Shown one piece after another: positions 21,345-31,379 of a DNA stretch of 64,000 bases. Below the pieces are notes generated by a model, which saw only the letters and a program-made list of their open reading frames with translations, made no database searches and was not told the origin of the DNA. The translations under genes and the position numbers were made by a program. How positions within the stretch are numbered: position 1 is the first letter of the stretch; each line of letters opens with the position of its first letter. The stretch is taken from positions 1,984,001 to 2,048,000 of the forward strand of contig CBDCCI010000002.1 in NCBI GenBank assembly GCA_965214705.1. Direction: 5' to 3'. The DNA comes from Alphaproteobacteria bacterium. Its GTDB lineage: Bacteria; Pseudomonadota; Alphaproteobacteria; UBA828.

Positions 21345-22133
21345 ATGAGCCACCACACCACCCGCGAGCACAGCCACGCCATGCAAAACGAACCCCCAAA
21401 GAGCACAACGGCCGGGACGTTCGGCCGCTCCTCCATCGACCGCCTGCCGGCCAAGCTTCGCGAGGCTGTCGATCAGGCCATCGCGGACGGCGCCACCATC
21501 GACGAGATCACCGCCCGCATCCGGGCCCAAGGCGAGACATGCTCGCGCTCGGCCGTCGGCCGCTACGCCAAGAACATGCGCGACCTGATCTGCCAGCAGC
21601 AGGAGACCGACCGCACCATCAAGGCGTGGATGGACGCGCTCGGAGAGCGCCCGGAGGGCCAGGCGGGGCTCATCCTGATCGAGACCCTGCGGACCATGGC
21701 GCTCGCCACCATGGCTCGTCTCAGCGCGCGGGAAGAGCCCGTGTCGACGGAGGAGCTCGCCCGCCTCGCCCTCACCCTCAAGCGCATCGAAGGCACCGAC
21801 AAGCTCCGCAAAGACCGGGAGCGGGCGGCAAAGAAGGCGGCGAACGACGCAGACAGCGCCAAGCGCCAGGGCGGGCTCTCGCCGGAGGCGGTCGCCATCA
21901 TCCGCGCGGAGGTGGAGGGCAGGCCCCCGCCACCCCCGCCTGCTCCCCGCACCGTCACGTCGGTGCCGGTGGACCCGTGGAACCCTGCCGAAGCCCGCCT
22001 ATACCCATCAATCCCACCTGATCCCGGCGAATCCCACTTGAGCCCGGATAATTGCTATGAATCCTGGACGGAAATTGCGCCGCGGGTGTTTCGCACCAGC
22101 CCCACATCGATCCTGTCCCTCGGGCCGGCGTGA
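21345..22133 (+). CDS. Orphan Mu-like phage gp27 (DUF3486, putative small terminase) with a low-complexity C-terminal extension
   Basis: Segments GRSSIDRLPAKLREAVDQAI, TIDEITARI, SRSAVGRY and GLSPEAVAIIRA match the gp27/DUF3486 pattern. An alternative start is ATG 21381. Confidence 0.75.
   Translation: MSHHTTREHSHAMQNEPPKSTTAGTFGRSSIDRLPAKLREAVDQAIADGATIDEITARIRAQGETCSRSAVGRYAKNMRDLICQQQETDRTIKAWMDALGERPEGQAGLILIETLRTMALATMARLSAREEPVSTEELARLALTLKRIEGTDKLRKDRERAAKKAANDADSAKRQGGLSPEAVAIIRAEVEGRPPPPPPAPRTVTSVPVDPWNPAEARLYPSIPPDPGESHLSPDNCYESWTEIAPRVFRTSPTSILSLGPA
21971..22062 (+). repeat. Degenerate array with about 10-bp period
   Basis: CCC at 21974, 21983, 21994, 22004, 22013, 22023, 22033 and 22043 (ATCCCACCTG ATCCCGGCGA ATCCCACTTG AGCCCGGATA), ending in TAATTGCTATGAA. 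Confidence 0.7.
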
Positions 22134-22165
22134 GGCGCGGGCGGGAGTGTGGCGGGAAAAGCCGT

Positions 22166-23794
22166 TCAGGCGTCCGGCAGCCGGTAGTCCTGGAACATCT
22201 CGCGCAGGCGCGACTTCTGAATCTTGCCCGTGGCGGTGAGCGGCAGCTCGTCGACCAACACCACGTCGTCGGGCAGCCACCACTTCGCGACCCTGGCGGC
22301 AAGGTAGGCGTTGATGGTGTCCTTGTCCGGTGCGCAGCCGTCCCGCGGCACGACCACCATGAGTGGGCGCTCCTCCCACTTGGGATGGAAGACGCCGATG
22401 ACCGCGGCCTGCTTCACGTCCGGGTGGCCGACTGCCGCGTTCTCCAGGTCGATGGAGCTGATCCACTCGCCGCCCGACTTGATCACGTCCTTGGTGCGGT
22501 CGGTGATGCGCATGAAGCCGTGCTCGTCCAGGGTGGCGACGTCGCCGGTGGGGAACCAGCCGTCGCCGTCGAGCTTGTCCCCGCCCTCGCCCTTGAAGTA
22601 GCCGCTGGCAGCCCAGTTGCCGCGCACCCACATGTCGCCAAAAGTCTTGCCGTCGCGCGGCACCGGCGCGCCGTCCGCGTCCGTGATCTGGAGTTCCAGG
22701 CCGAACTGCACGCGGCCCTGCTGGCTCAGCACGGCCTCGCGTTCGTCGCCAGAGAGTGCGTCGATCGCCGGCGTCGCGGTCGCCATGGTGCCGAGCGGCG
22801 AGGTCTCGGTCATGCCCCAGAGCTGGTGCACCGTCACCCCGTAGGGGTCGGCCAGTCGCTCGATCATGGCGCGCGGCACCGCGGAGCCGCCGATGGCGAC
22901 CCGCTCCAGGCTCTCCACCTTCTTGCCGCTCTCGTCGAGATGGTCGATCAGCATGGTGAAGACCGTGGGCACACCGAGCGCGAAGGTCACCCCCTCCCCC
23001 TCGATCAGCTCCTGCAGGCTCTGCCCGTCCATCTTGGTGCCGGGCAGCACCAGGCCCGCGCCGGAGAGGCAGCCGAGATAGGGCAGCGACCAGGCGTTGC
23101 CGTGGTACATCGGCGCGATCGGCATCAGCACGTCGTGGGCGGAGATGCCCATGGCGCTGTTCTGGCAGGCGGCCATAGCGTGCAGCAGGGTCGAGCGGTG
23201 GCTGTAGAGCACGCCCTTGGGATTGCCCGTCGTGCCCGAGGTGTAGCAGAGCGAGGACGCGGCGCGCTCGTCGAAGATCGGCCACGCATAGTCCTCGCTC
23301 TCGCCCGCGAGCAGGGTCTCGTAGCAGAGGACGTTGGGAAGCGCGGTCTCCGGCATGTGCGCCTCGTCGGTCATCACCACGACCTGCTCGACCGTCGTGA
23401 GTTGGTCCGCGATGCGCTCCACCAGCTCGACGAAGGTGAGGTCCACGAACAGCACCCGGTCCTCGGCGTGGTTGATGATGTAGACGATCTGCTCGGTGAA
23501 GAGCCTGGGGTTCACCGTGTGCAGCACGGCGCCCATGCCGGAGACGCCGTAGAAAAGCTCCTGATGGCGATAGCCGTTCCAGGCGAGCGTGCCGACCCGG
23601 TCGCCGTGGCCGATGCCGAGCCGCGCTATGAGGTTGGCGACGCGCCGCGCGCGCCGCTCGCACTCGGCATAGCCGTAGCGGTGGATCGGGCCTTCGACGG
23701 TGCGCGAGACCACCTGGCGATCGCCGTGATACTCCGCCGCATAACGGATCAGCGACGAGATCATCAGCGGGATCTCCTGCATCAGGCCGTGCAT
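22166..23794 (-). CDS. Fatty-acyl-CoA ligase, 3-(methylthio)propionyl-CoA ligase (DmdB)-like
   Basis: Motifs [32 protein letters not shown] and HPKWEERP. Confidence 0.88.
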   Translation of the reverse strand: MHGLMQEIPLMISSLIRYAAEYHGDRQVVSRTVEGPIHRYGYAECERRARRVANLIARLGIGHGDRVGTLAWNGYRHQELFYGVSGMGAVLHTVNPRLFTEQIVYIINHAEDRVLFVDLTFVELVERIADQLTTVEQVVVMTDEAHMPETALPNVLCYETLLAGESEDYAWPIFDERAASSLCYTSGTTGNPKGVLYSHRSTLLHAMAACQNSAMGISAHDVLMPIAPMYHGNAWSLPYLGCLSGAGLVLPGTKMDGQSLQELIEGEGVTFALGVPTVFTMLIDHLDESGKKVESLERVAIGGSAVPRAMIERLADPYGVTVHQLWGMTETSPLGTMATATPAIDALSGDEREAVLSQQGRVQFGLELQITDADGAPVPRDGKTFGDMWVRGNWAASGYFKGEGGDKLDGDGWFPTGDVATLDEHGFMRITDRTKDVIKSGGEWISSIDLENAAVGHPDVKQAAVIGVFHPKWEERPLMVVVPRDGCAPDKDTINAYLAARVAKWWLPDDVVLVDELPLTATGKIQKSRLREMFQDYRLPDA

Positions 23795-23960
23795 GGCTCC
23801 TCCCCTCGTTCGGTCGGCCGGGGCCGCGCGCCCCGCGCCATTATCGGCTTCCGCCGCGCCGGTCGAAAGACTTTCCCGTGCGTCGCTGATATTCTCGCCG
23901 CCCTTGCAGGGAGCGGCATGCGTTCAGGCTGCGCAACGAGAGACCGGGGAGGAGAGGATC

Positions 23961-24728
23961 GTGAAACTGGAGGGAAAGACGGCGCTGGTCACCGGAGGGT
24001 CCTCGGGCATCGGCGAGGCGATTGCGGTCAGGTTCGCGGCCGAGGGCGCGCGCGTCGCTGTCGTCGGCTCCTCCGATCTGGCCAAGGCGCAGCAGGTCGT
24101 GGAGAAGATCGAGGCGGCGGGCGGCGCGGCCCAGGCCTTCGTCGCCGACGTGCGCGACGTGGATGCGGTCAAGGCGCTGGTCGGCGCCGTGAGGGATGCC
24201 TTCGGGCGCATCGACATCCTGGTCAACTCGGCCGGCATCTTCGAGCCGACGCCGATCGGCGAGACCAGCGAGGCCGAATACGACGCGACCATGGACATCA
24301 ACGTAAAGGGCACCTTCTTCGCGATCAACGAGGTGGCGCCGGTGATGATCGCGCAGGGCGGCGGCAAGATCGTCAACCTCTCGTCGGTGACGGGGGTGAT
24401 GGGGTTCAAGAGCTTCTCGGTCTATTGCGCGTCGAAGGCGGCGGTCAACTACCTCACGCGTGCGCTGGCGCTGGAGCTGAGCCCCCACAACATCGCGGTG
24501 AACGCGATCCTGCCCGGCAACACGGCGACGCCGATGAACGTGAAGATCCGCACTGAGCCGCAGTTCAAGGAGATGCTGGAGGGCATGACCGCGGTGACGC
24601 CGAGCAACCGCACCTACTCGGAGGCCGACGACATGGCGTCCGCCGCGCTCTTCCTCTGCTCCGAGGACGGCCGCGCCGCCCACGGCTCGCTCATGCTGCT
24701 GGACGAGGGCATCTCCTGCGGCCTCTGA
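23961..24728 (+). CDS. SDR-family oxidoreductase
   Basis: TGGSSGIG and catalytic YCASK; GTG start after GGAGGAG. Confidence 0.9.
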   Translation: MKLEGKTALVTGGSSGIGEAIAVRFAAEGARVAVVGSSDLAKAQQVVEKIEAAGGAAQAFVADVRDVDAVKALVGAVRDAFGRIDILVNSAGIFEPTPIGETSEAEYDATMDINVKGTFFAINEVAPVMIAQGGGKIVNLSSVTGVMGFKSFSVYCASKAAVNYLTRALALELSPHNIAVNAILPGNTATPMNVKIRTEPQFKEMLEGMTAVTPSNRTYSEADDMASAALFLCSEDGRAAHGSLMLLDEGISCGL

Positions 24729-24739
24729 GCGCCCCGACC

Positions 24740-25354
24740 ATGAGTGTGTCCGCGCAGGAGGCCGTTCCGGCCGGCAAGCTCTACACGGTGATTACCCATC
24801 TCGCGATGGAGTCGCCGCCGGCGCTGGAGCCCCCTCCCCCACCGGCGCCCACGCCCGGCGTTAGCCTCGAGCGGCGGCGGGCCATGCCGGTCGCCAATTA
24901 CCTGCGCCTCTATCACGCGATCGGCGATGACTGGCTCTGGTGGAGCCGGCTGACGTGGGACGAGGCGAGGCTCGCGGCCCATCTCGTGGAGGAGGAGACC
25001 GAGGTCTATGTGGCGGAGGCCGACGGCGAGGAAATCGGCCTGATCGAGCTTAACCTGCGGCCCGCGCCGGATATCGAGCTGCGCTACTTCGGCCTGATTC
25101 CGTCGTGGATCGGCAAGGGCCTCGGCGGCTGGCTGCTCGCCCATGCGCTCGCCGCCGTCGGGCGTCACCGACCGCGCCGCATGATCCTCAATACCTGCAC
25201 CCTCGATCATCCCGGCGCTCTCGCCTTCTATCAGAAGCATGGTTTTGCCATCACTCACAGCGAGGTCGATATCGTCGACGATCCCCGCCTCATCGGCCTG
25301 CTGCCGATGGATGCCGCACCCCACATCCCCCTGACCGCCCCTGCCAATGGCTGA
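24740..25354 (+). CDS. GNAT-family N-acetyltransferase
   Basis: Motifs YFGLIPSWIGKGLGGWLL and TCTLDHPGALAFYQKHGF. Confidence 0.85.
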   Translation: MSVSAQEAVPAGKLYTVITHLAMESPPALEPPPPPAPTPGVSLERRRAMPVANYLRLYHAIGDDWLWWSRLTWDEARLAAHLVEEETEVYVAEADGEEIGLIELNLRPAPDIELRYFGLIPSWIGKGLGGWLLAHALAAVGRHRPRRMILNTCTLDHPGALAFYQKHGFAITHSEVDIVDDPRLIGLLPMDAAPHIPLTAPANG

Positions 25355-25400
25355 CCGGGGGCGCTTGTTGCTTCATGCTCCCACTCGCTAGATTGAGCCC

Positions 25401-26192
25401 ATGACTGACACCAAGAGCGACGCGGCGGCGCAGGCCATCTGGACGGCCTGGAGCGGCCATCACCTGATCGACGGACTACCCGAGGCGTGCCGGCCTGGCA
25501 CGACCGCCGAGGGCTACGCGGTGCAGGCCGCGCTCGCACGCCTCGCCGGCGCCACGCCCGTGGGCTGGAAGATCGCGGCCACCAGCGAGGCCGGGCAGAA
25601 GCACATTGGCGTGGACGGCCCCCTCGCCGGGCGCCTGTGGCAGAGCAAACTCCACCAGAGCGGCACCAAGCTGCCGGCCGGCCACCTGCACATGGCGGTG
25701 GTCGAGGCGGAGTTCGCGTTCCGCATGGGTCGGGATCTGCCGGGCGGGGACGGCGACTACACGGTGGACGCAGTCATGGACGCGGTGGCGGCGCTGCACC
25801 CGGCCATCGAGATTCCGGATTCGCGCTTCAGGGACTTCACGGTCGTGGGCGCCGCCCAGCTCATCGCCGACAACGGCTGCACCGAGTACTGCGTGCTGGG
25901 GCCAGAGGCGCCGGAGGGTTGGCGCGCGGTCGACCTTGCCGCCCACCCGGTCGTCGTCACCGTCGACGGCGAGGAGGCCGCCACGGGCAAGGGGGCGAAC
26001 GCGCTCGGCGACCCGCGCATTGCGCTCACCTGGCTCGCCAACGAACGGGTCCGTCACGGCGAGGCGCTCGCGGCCGGCGACGTGGTCATCACCGGCACCT
26101 GCATCGTGCCGGCGCCGATCGCGCACAAGAAGCACGTGCGCGCGGATTTCGGGGCGCTCGGCGCGGTCGAGGTGGCGCTGGCTTCCTTCTAG
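25401..26192 (+). CDS. 2-keto-4-pentenoate hydratase (FAH superfamily)
   Basis: Motifs GWKIAATS, EAEFAF, AIEIPDSRF and GDVVITGT. Confidence 0.85.
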   Translation: MTDTKSDAAAQAIWTAWSGHHLIDGLPEACRPGTTAEGYAVQAALARLAGATPVGWKIAATSEAGQKHIGVDGPLAGRLWQSKLHQSGTKLPAGHLHMAVVEAEFAFRMGRDLPGGDGDYTVDAVMDAVAALHPAIEIPDSRFRDFTVVGAAQLIADNGCTEYCVLGPEAPEGWRAVDLAAHPVVVTVDGEEAATGKGANALGDPRIALTWLANERVRHGEALAAGDVVITGTCIVPAPIAHKKHVRADFGALGAVEVALASF

Positions 26193-26884
26193 CCGGTGTC
26201 GGACTCCGCTTCTGCGGGCTGGCGGGCCTTGACGAGCCAGCCGAGCAGCAGGGTCGCCACCACCGCGCCGATGAGTTGCGCCACGATGAACGCCGGCATG
26301 TGGAGCGGCATGATCCCGGAGAAGGTGTCGGTGAGCGAGCGGGCGATGGTCACCGCCGGGTTGGCGAACGACGTGGACGACGTGAACCAGTATCCCGCGG
26401 TGATGAAGAGACCGACGCCGTAAGGCACCAGTTCCGGCCTGAAGCGCAAGCAGCCCAAGATCGTCGCGACCAGCCCGAAGGTCGCGGTGAACTCGCCGAG
26501 CCACTGGGAGAAGCCGGTGCGCTCCTTGAGGGACGCGGCGACGATGGGCTCCTCGAACATGCCGTGCGCCAGCATCGCCCCGCAGATGCCGCCGGCCACC
26601 TGCGCCAGCAGGTAGAGCCCCGCGTCGCGCAAGCCGATCTCGCGGCGTATCAGGAAGCTGAGCGTGACGGCGGGGTTGAAGTGCGCGCCGGAGATGGGGC
26701 CGAAGATCACGATGAGCACCACCAGGATGGCGCCGGTGGGGATCGTGTTGCCGAGCAACGCGAGCGCGACGTTTCCGCCCGAGAGCGTCTCGCCCATGAT
26801 GCCGGAGCCGACGACCACGGCGAGCAGCAGCAGCGTCCCCAGCCACTCCGCGAAGAGCCGCCGCCCTAGATCGAACCGTTCCAT
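26189..26884 (-). CDS. MIP/aquaporin family channel (AqpS-like)
   Basis: Two NPA motifs (ISGAHFNPAVT and STSFANPAVT); start at MERFDLG. Confidence 0.9.
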   Translation of the reverse strand: MERFDLGRRLFAEWLGTLLLLAVVVGSGIMGETLSGGNVALALLGNTIPTGAILVVLIVIFGPISGAHFNPAVTLSFLIRREIGLRDAGLYLLAQVAGGICGAMLAHGMFEEPIVAASLKERTGFSQWLGEFTATFGLVATILGCLRFRPELVPYGVGLFITAGYWFTSSTSFANPAVTIARSLTDTFSGIMPLHMPAFIVAQLIGAVVATLLLGWLVKARQPAEAESDTG

Positions 26885-26982
26885 CCCCTCCCCCGGTTTC
26901 GTTCGTTCAGCGCTTAACCCGGAACCTTCCCCGATGTCATGGCCTGCACGGCACATTCCGGCCTGCCCCTGGCAGATCCGGC

Positions 26983-27030
26983 GCCCGCACCATGGACCGG
27001 AGCACAGCGTGGGCAATCCGGGTTAGACAC
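26983..27030 (+). promoter_or_regulatory. Dyad motif copy 3
   Basis: GCCCGCACCATGGACCGGAGCAC (19/23 to the consensus of copies 1 and 2), with -10-like TAGACA at the same 41-nt offset. Confidence 0.4.
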
Positions 27031-27330
27031 CTGCGAACCCTGCTGATCGGATCAGGACGGAAAGGCGAGATGAAGGAATTGCGAAACGACAGAATGAACC
27101 CAATCTCCCGCAGCCGCCGGTTTGGCATCGAATTGCGTCGAGACACGCGCAAGCTGGTTCCCGGTCATCGACCATACTCGCGCGCCGATTCTTCCCGAAA
27201 CGCCGAGAGTCAATTGTGACATCTGTGTTGCAGTTGCATGACAGACGGTGTTCTGCGCCGCGGGCCGCCCCGTTTGACCCCTGCCTGCGGCGGTGAATAA
27301 TCGGCGCCGACGCGCCGCAGGGAGAACGCA

Positions 27331-29370
27331 GTGGGCCGACTGGCGACCGATATCGGCGGGACCTTCACCGATCTCGTCTACTTCGACGAGGAGACCGGCG
27401 CGCTCGGCGTCGCCAAGTCGCTCAGCACGCCGGACGATCTGACGCGGGGCGTGCTCGACACCATCGACCAGGCGGCGCTCGACGCCGACACGGTGGACTA
27501 CTTTGTCCACGGCGGGACAACCGTGATCAACGCCATCACGGAGCGGACGGGCGCGAAGACCGCGCTGGTCACCACCAAGGGCTTTCGCGACGTGCTGGAA
27601 ATCGCGCGCGGCAACCGCCCCGATCTCTACAACCTGCGCTACCGCAAGGAGGTCCCCTTCGTGCCGCGCCGGCTGCGCTTCGAGGTGCGCGAGCGGGTCG
27701 ACGCCAAGGGGCGCATCCGCGTGCCGCTGCATCTCGAAGACCTGGACCGCGTGATCGAGGTGTGCCGCGCCCAAGGCGTGGAGGCCATCGCCATCCAGTT
27801 CCTCCATTCCTACGCCGCGCCCGCGCACGAAGAGGAGACGGCGGCCTATCTGCGTAAGCGGCTCAACGGCGTCGCGATCACCGCCTCTCACGAGATCACC
27901 CGCGAGTGGCGCGAGTACGAGCGCGCCAACACGGCCGTCCTCAACGCCTACGTGCAGCCGATCGTGCAGCGCTACTTCGACACCCTGGAGGCCGGCATCG
28001 ACAGGCTCGGGCTCGACTGCCCGATGATGGCGATGCAGTCGAACGGCGGCACCACGAGCTTCGGCTGGGCCAGGGAACACCCGATCACGCTGCTGGAATC
28101 GGGGCCGGCGGCCGGCGTCAATGGCGCCGCGCTGATCGGCCGGCTCTGCGACGAGCCCGACGTGATCTATCTCGATATCGGCGGCACCACCGCCAAGTGC
28201 TCCACCATCGAGGGCGGCGAGCCCAAGGTCACCACCGATTATCGGCTGGAGGCGACGCGCATCCGCTACGGCTATCCGGTGCGGGTGCCGGTGATCGACA
28301 TCGTGGAGATCGGCGCGGGCGGCGGCTCCATCGCCTGGTTCGACGAGGGCGGCACGCTCTGCGTGGGCCCCCGCAGTGCCGGCGCCGATCCGGGGCCCGC
28401 CTGCTACGACCGCGGCGGAACCGAGCCCACCGTGACCGACGCCAAGCTCATTACCGGCGTGCTCAACCCGGCAAACTTCGCCGGCGGGCAGTTCTCCCTC
28501 GATGTCGGACTGGCGCGGACTGCCATGGGCAAGATCGCCGACGGGTTGGGCTGTAGCGTCGACGAGGCGGCGGTCGCCGTGATCCGCCTGGTCGACGCCA
28601 ACATGATCAACGCGCTCAAGCTGGTCTCGATCCAGCGCGGCCACGATCCCAACGACTTCGCGTTGATGGTGGGCGGCGGCGGCGGCGCCATGCACGGCGC
28701 GAGCCTTGGCCGCGAGCTCGGCGTGAATGAGATCGTGGTGCCGCGCTATCCGGGTCTCTTCTCGGCCTGGGGCATGCTGGCGACCGCGCCCCGCCGGGAT
28801 TTCTTGCGCACGGCGCTCCAGCGTGCGGACACCATGGAGGTAGCAGACCTGCGCGCGCTCTTCGCCGAGCTGCACGAGGAAGCGGAACGCTACTTCGCCT
28901 CCGAAGGCGGGCGCGGCACGTTCACCGCCGCCTGCCATCTCGACATGCGCTATTTCGGGCAGGAGCACGCGGTGACGATCCCCATCAACCTCAATGGGGC
29001 AAGCCGCGCCTCGATCCTCGACGCGTTCCATGCGGCGCACGAGCGCGCCTACACCTTCCGCCTCGCGGAGACGCCGGTCGAGCTCGTGACGTTCCGCCTC
29101 ACCGCAACGGCCGATGTCGCCCGGCCGGAACTGACCCCGTGGACGACGGAAGGGCGCTCGGCAGGCGCGGCGGCGCGGGAGGGGCGCACGGTCGATTTCG
29201 GTGAGGACGGCCGGCACGAGACCCGCGTCTACGACCGCGACCTGCTGCCGCCAGGCTTCGAGGCAGACGGCCCGGTCATCGTCGAGGAGCCGTCGTCCAC
29301 AACCCTGGTCTGCCCCGGCCAGCGCGTCCGGGTGGACGACCTGGGCTTCCTCAGAATCACCGAGGCATGA
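27331..29370 (+). CDS. Hydantoinase/oxoprolinase subunit A
   Basis: Motifs DIGGTFTD, REYERANT, LESGPAAG, DIGGTT and GPRSAGADPGPACY. Confidence 0.93.
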   Translation: MGRLATDIGGTFTDLVYFDEETGALGVAKSLSTPDDLTRGVLDTIDQAALDADTVDYFVHGGTTVINAITERTGAKTALVTTKGFRDVLEIARGNRPDLYNLRYRKEVPFVPRRLRFEVRERVDAKGRIRVPLHLEDLDRVIEVCRAQGVEAIAIQFLHSYAAPAHEEETAAYLRKRLNGVAITASHEITREWREYERANTAVLNAYVQPIVQRYFDTLEAGIDRLGLDCPMMAMQSNGGTTSFGWAREHPITLLESGPAAGVNGAALIGRLCDEPDVIYLDIGGTTAKCSTIEGGEPKVTTDYRLEATRIRYGYPVRVPVIDIVEIGAGGGSIAWFDEGGTLCVGPRSAGADPGPACYDRGGTEPTVTDAKLITGVLNPANFAGGQFSLDVGLARTAMGKIADGLGCSVDEAAVAVIRLVDANMINALKLVSIQRGHDPNDFALMVGGGGGAMHGASLGRELGVNEIVVPRYPGLFSAWGMLATAPRRDFLRTALQRADTMEVADLRALFAELHEEAERYFASEGGRGTFTAACHLDMRYFGQEHAVTIPINLNGASRASILDAFHAAHERAYTFRLAETPVELVTFRLTATADVARPELTPWTTEGRSAGAAAREGRTVDFGEDGRHETRVYDRDLLPPGFEADGPVIVEEPSSTTLVCPGQRVRVDDLGFLRITEA

Positions 29371-29395
29371 ACCGGCGGTGACCGGGGCTGCTGCC

Positions 29396-30382
29396 ATGCG
29401 CGCCATGGTCTATCGCGGCAATAGTCCCGCGCTCACCCTGGAAGAGCGCCCGGTGCCCGAGCCCCGCGCGGGCGAGGTTCTGGTCCGGGCCTCGGCCTGC
29501 GGGGTCTGCCGCACCGATCTCCACGTGGTGGACGGCGACCTCACCGAGCCCCGGCTCCCCGTCGTGCCGGGGCACGAAATCGTGGGGCGCGTGGCGGCGT
29601 TCGGCCCTGGGGTCGAGCGCTTCAGCGAAGGAGAACGCGTCGGCATCCCCTGGCTCGGCTGGACCTGCGGCACCTGCCGCTATTGCCGGAGCGGCCGGGA
29701 GAACCTGTGCCCGGACGCGCGCTTCACCGGCTACACCCTGGACGGCGGCTACTGCGATTACTGTATCGCCGACGAGCGCTACTGCTTCCCTCTCCCCGGC
29801 GAGCGCGACGACGCGCATTCGGCGCCGCTGCTCTGCGCCGGGCTGATCGGCTACCGCGCGCTCGCGATGGCGGGCGATGCCGAGTGCCTCGGCCTCTACG
29901 GCTTCGGCGCGGCCGCGCACATCATCGCCCAGGTGGCCCGGGCCCAAGGCCGGCGCGTGTTCGCCTTCGTCCGGCCAGGCGATCAAGCAGCGATGAATTT
30001 CGCGCGTGGCCTCGGCGCCGAATGGGCCGGCGCATCGGACGAAGCCCCGCCGGAGGAACTGGACGCCGCTCTGCTGTTTGCGCCCGTCGGCGCCCTGGTC
30101 CCCGCCGCGCTTCGCGCCATCGCGCCGGGCGGCACCGTGGTGAGCGCCGGCATCCACATGAGCGACATTCCCTCGTTCCCCTACGAGTTGCTGTGGCGGG
30201 AGCGGCGCATCGTCTCGGTCGCCAACCTCACGCGGCGCGACGGCGAGAAATTCCTGGCGCTCGCCGCGAAGACGGAAATCGAGATGCACATCGAGCCCAT
30301 GCCGCTCGCGGAGGCCAACCTGGCGCTGGACCGCCTGCGTGCAGGCCGCCTTCAGGGCGCCGCGGTGCTCACGATGGACTGA
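29396..30382 (+). CDS. Zinc-dependent alcohol dehydrogenase
   Basis: Motifs CGVCRTDLH and GHEIVG; structural Zn site CGTCRYC...C. Confidence 0.92.
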   Translation: MRAMVYRGNSPALTLEERPVPEPRAGEVLVRASACGVCRTDLHVVDGDLTEPRLPVVPGHEIVGRVAAFGPGVERFSEGERVGIPWLGWTCGTCRYCRSGRENLCPDARFTGYTLDGGYCDYCIADERYCFPLPGERDDAHSAPLLCAGLIGYRALAMAGDAECLGLYGFGAAAHIIAQVARAQGRRVFAFVRPGDQAAMNFARGLGAEWAGASDEAPPEELDAALLFAPVGALVPAALRAIAPGGTVVSAGIHMSDIPSFPYELLWRERRIVSVANLTRRDGEKFLALAAKTEIEMHIEPMPLAEANLALDRLRAGRLQGAAVLTMD

Positions 30383-30385
30383 GGC

Positions 30386-31261
30386 TCAGAGAGGCACGCC
30401 CATCTGCGCCATCGTCGCCCACGTCAGATCGCTGTCGGGCTCGCGAAGCTGGTCGGCCATGGTGAAATGATTGAAACCGGGGAGTTCCAGCCGGCTGAGC
30501 GGGTAGCCGTGCGCCTCCCACACCGCCGCCATGGCGTTGGCCTGGCGCTCGTATTCGTCCGATTCGATATCGCCCGAGACCAGCATCAGCGGCGCCGCCA
30601 TCGGGTAGCGCTGCGCCACCGGGCTGTTGCGCCGCGCCTCCGCTTCGTCCATGCCGACCTTGTCGTTGAGGTAGCAGAGGCGGATGGGCTCCAGGTCATA
30701 GATGCCCGAGATCGAGACCGCGCTCTTGATCAGGTCCGCCGGCAGGCCGGCGCCGAAGGCAGGCCAGTCTGTCGCCAGCAGCATGGCGGCGAGGTGGCCC
30801 CCCGCCGACTGGCCGAGCGCGTGGATGCGCCTTGGGTCGCCGCCGATCGACGCGGCGTTGCGCCATACCCAGGCGGCGGCGGCGCGGTTCTGCCGCACGA
30901 TCTCGTCCATGCGGTAGTCGGGCGCGAGGCCGTAGTTGATGACGACGGTGGCCACGCCGTGGGGGCGGCAGCCTTCGGCCACGAAGCTGTCGTGATGCTT
31001 GTCGAGCGAATACCAGTAGCCGCCATGGATCATGATGAGGATCGGGGCGTCATGCCGCTCTGCCGGAAAGATATCGAGAGTCTCGACCGGGAGATCGCCG
31101 TAGGCGACATCCCGCCCGCCTGGCAGCGCCGCGCGGGTCTCCGCGCTCCAAGCCAGCCAGCGGTCGAAGTAGTCGACGTACTCGGGGATGCGCGCGCGGT
31201 TGTTGTACTGCGCGTCCAGCGCCGCCCGATCGTAGCCTCGGTAGATCGCCTCTCCGCTCAT
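30386..31261 (-). CDS. Alpha/beta hydrolase, arylformamidase (kynurenine formamidase)-like
   Basis: Motifs LDAQYNNRA and IHGGYW, nucleophile GQSAGGHL, and NHF. Confidence 0.85.
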   Translation of the reverse strand: MSGEAIYRGYDRAALDAQYNNRARIPEYVDYFDRWLAWSAETRAALPGGRDVAYGDLPVETLDIFPAERHDAPILIMIHGGYWYSLDKHHDSFVAEGCRPHGVATVVINYGLAPDYRMDEIVRQNRAAAAWVWRNAASIGGDPRRIHALGQSAGGHLAAMLLATDWPAFGAGLPADLIKSAVSISGIYDLEPIRLCYLNDKVGMDEAEARRNSPVAQRYPMAAPLMLVSGDIESDEYERQANAMAAVWEAHGYPLSRLELPGFNHFTMADQLREPDSDLTWATMAQMGVPL

Positions 31262-31379
31262 CCGGCTCTCCCGATAACTGTCTCCCACGAGTGTAGCCGT
31301 ATTCCGTCCCGGCCATCGACCGCAGCGGTGCGGCACACTACATTACGGGGACGGCGAGTGAAGCGAGAGGGGCACGCCC

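Noticed and set aside
23961-24728. SDR as pyridoxal 4-dehydrogenase of the B6 pathway
   Set aside because: It shows only generic SDR motifs and is not in the B6 operon.
27123-27137. Sigma54-like TGGCATCGAATTGC upstream of hydantoinase A
   Set aside because: There are only 9 nt between GG and GC; sigma54 needs 10.
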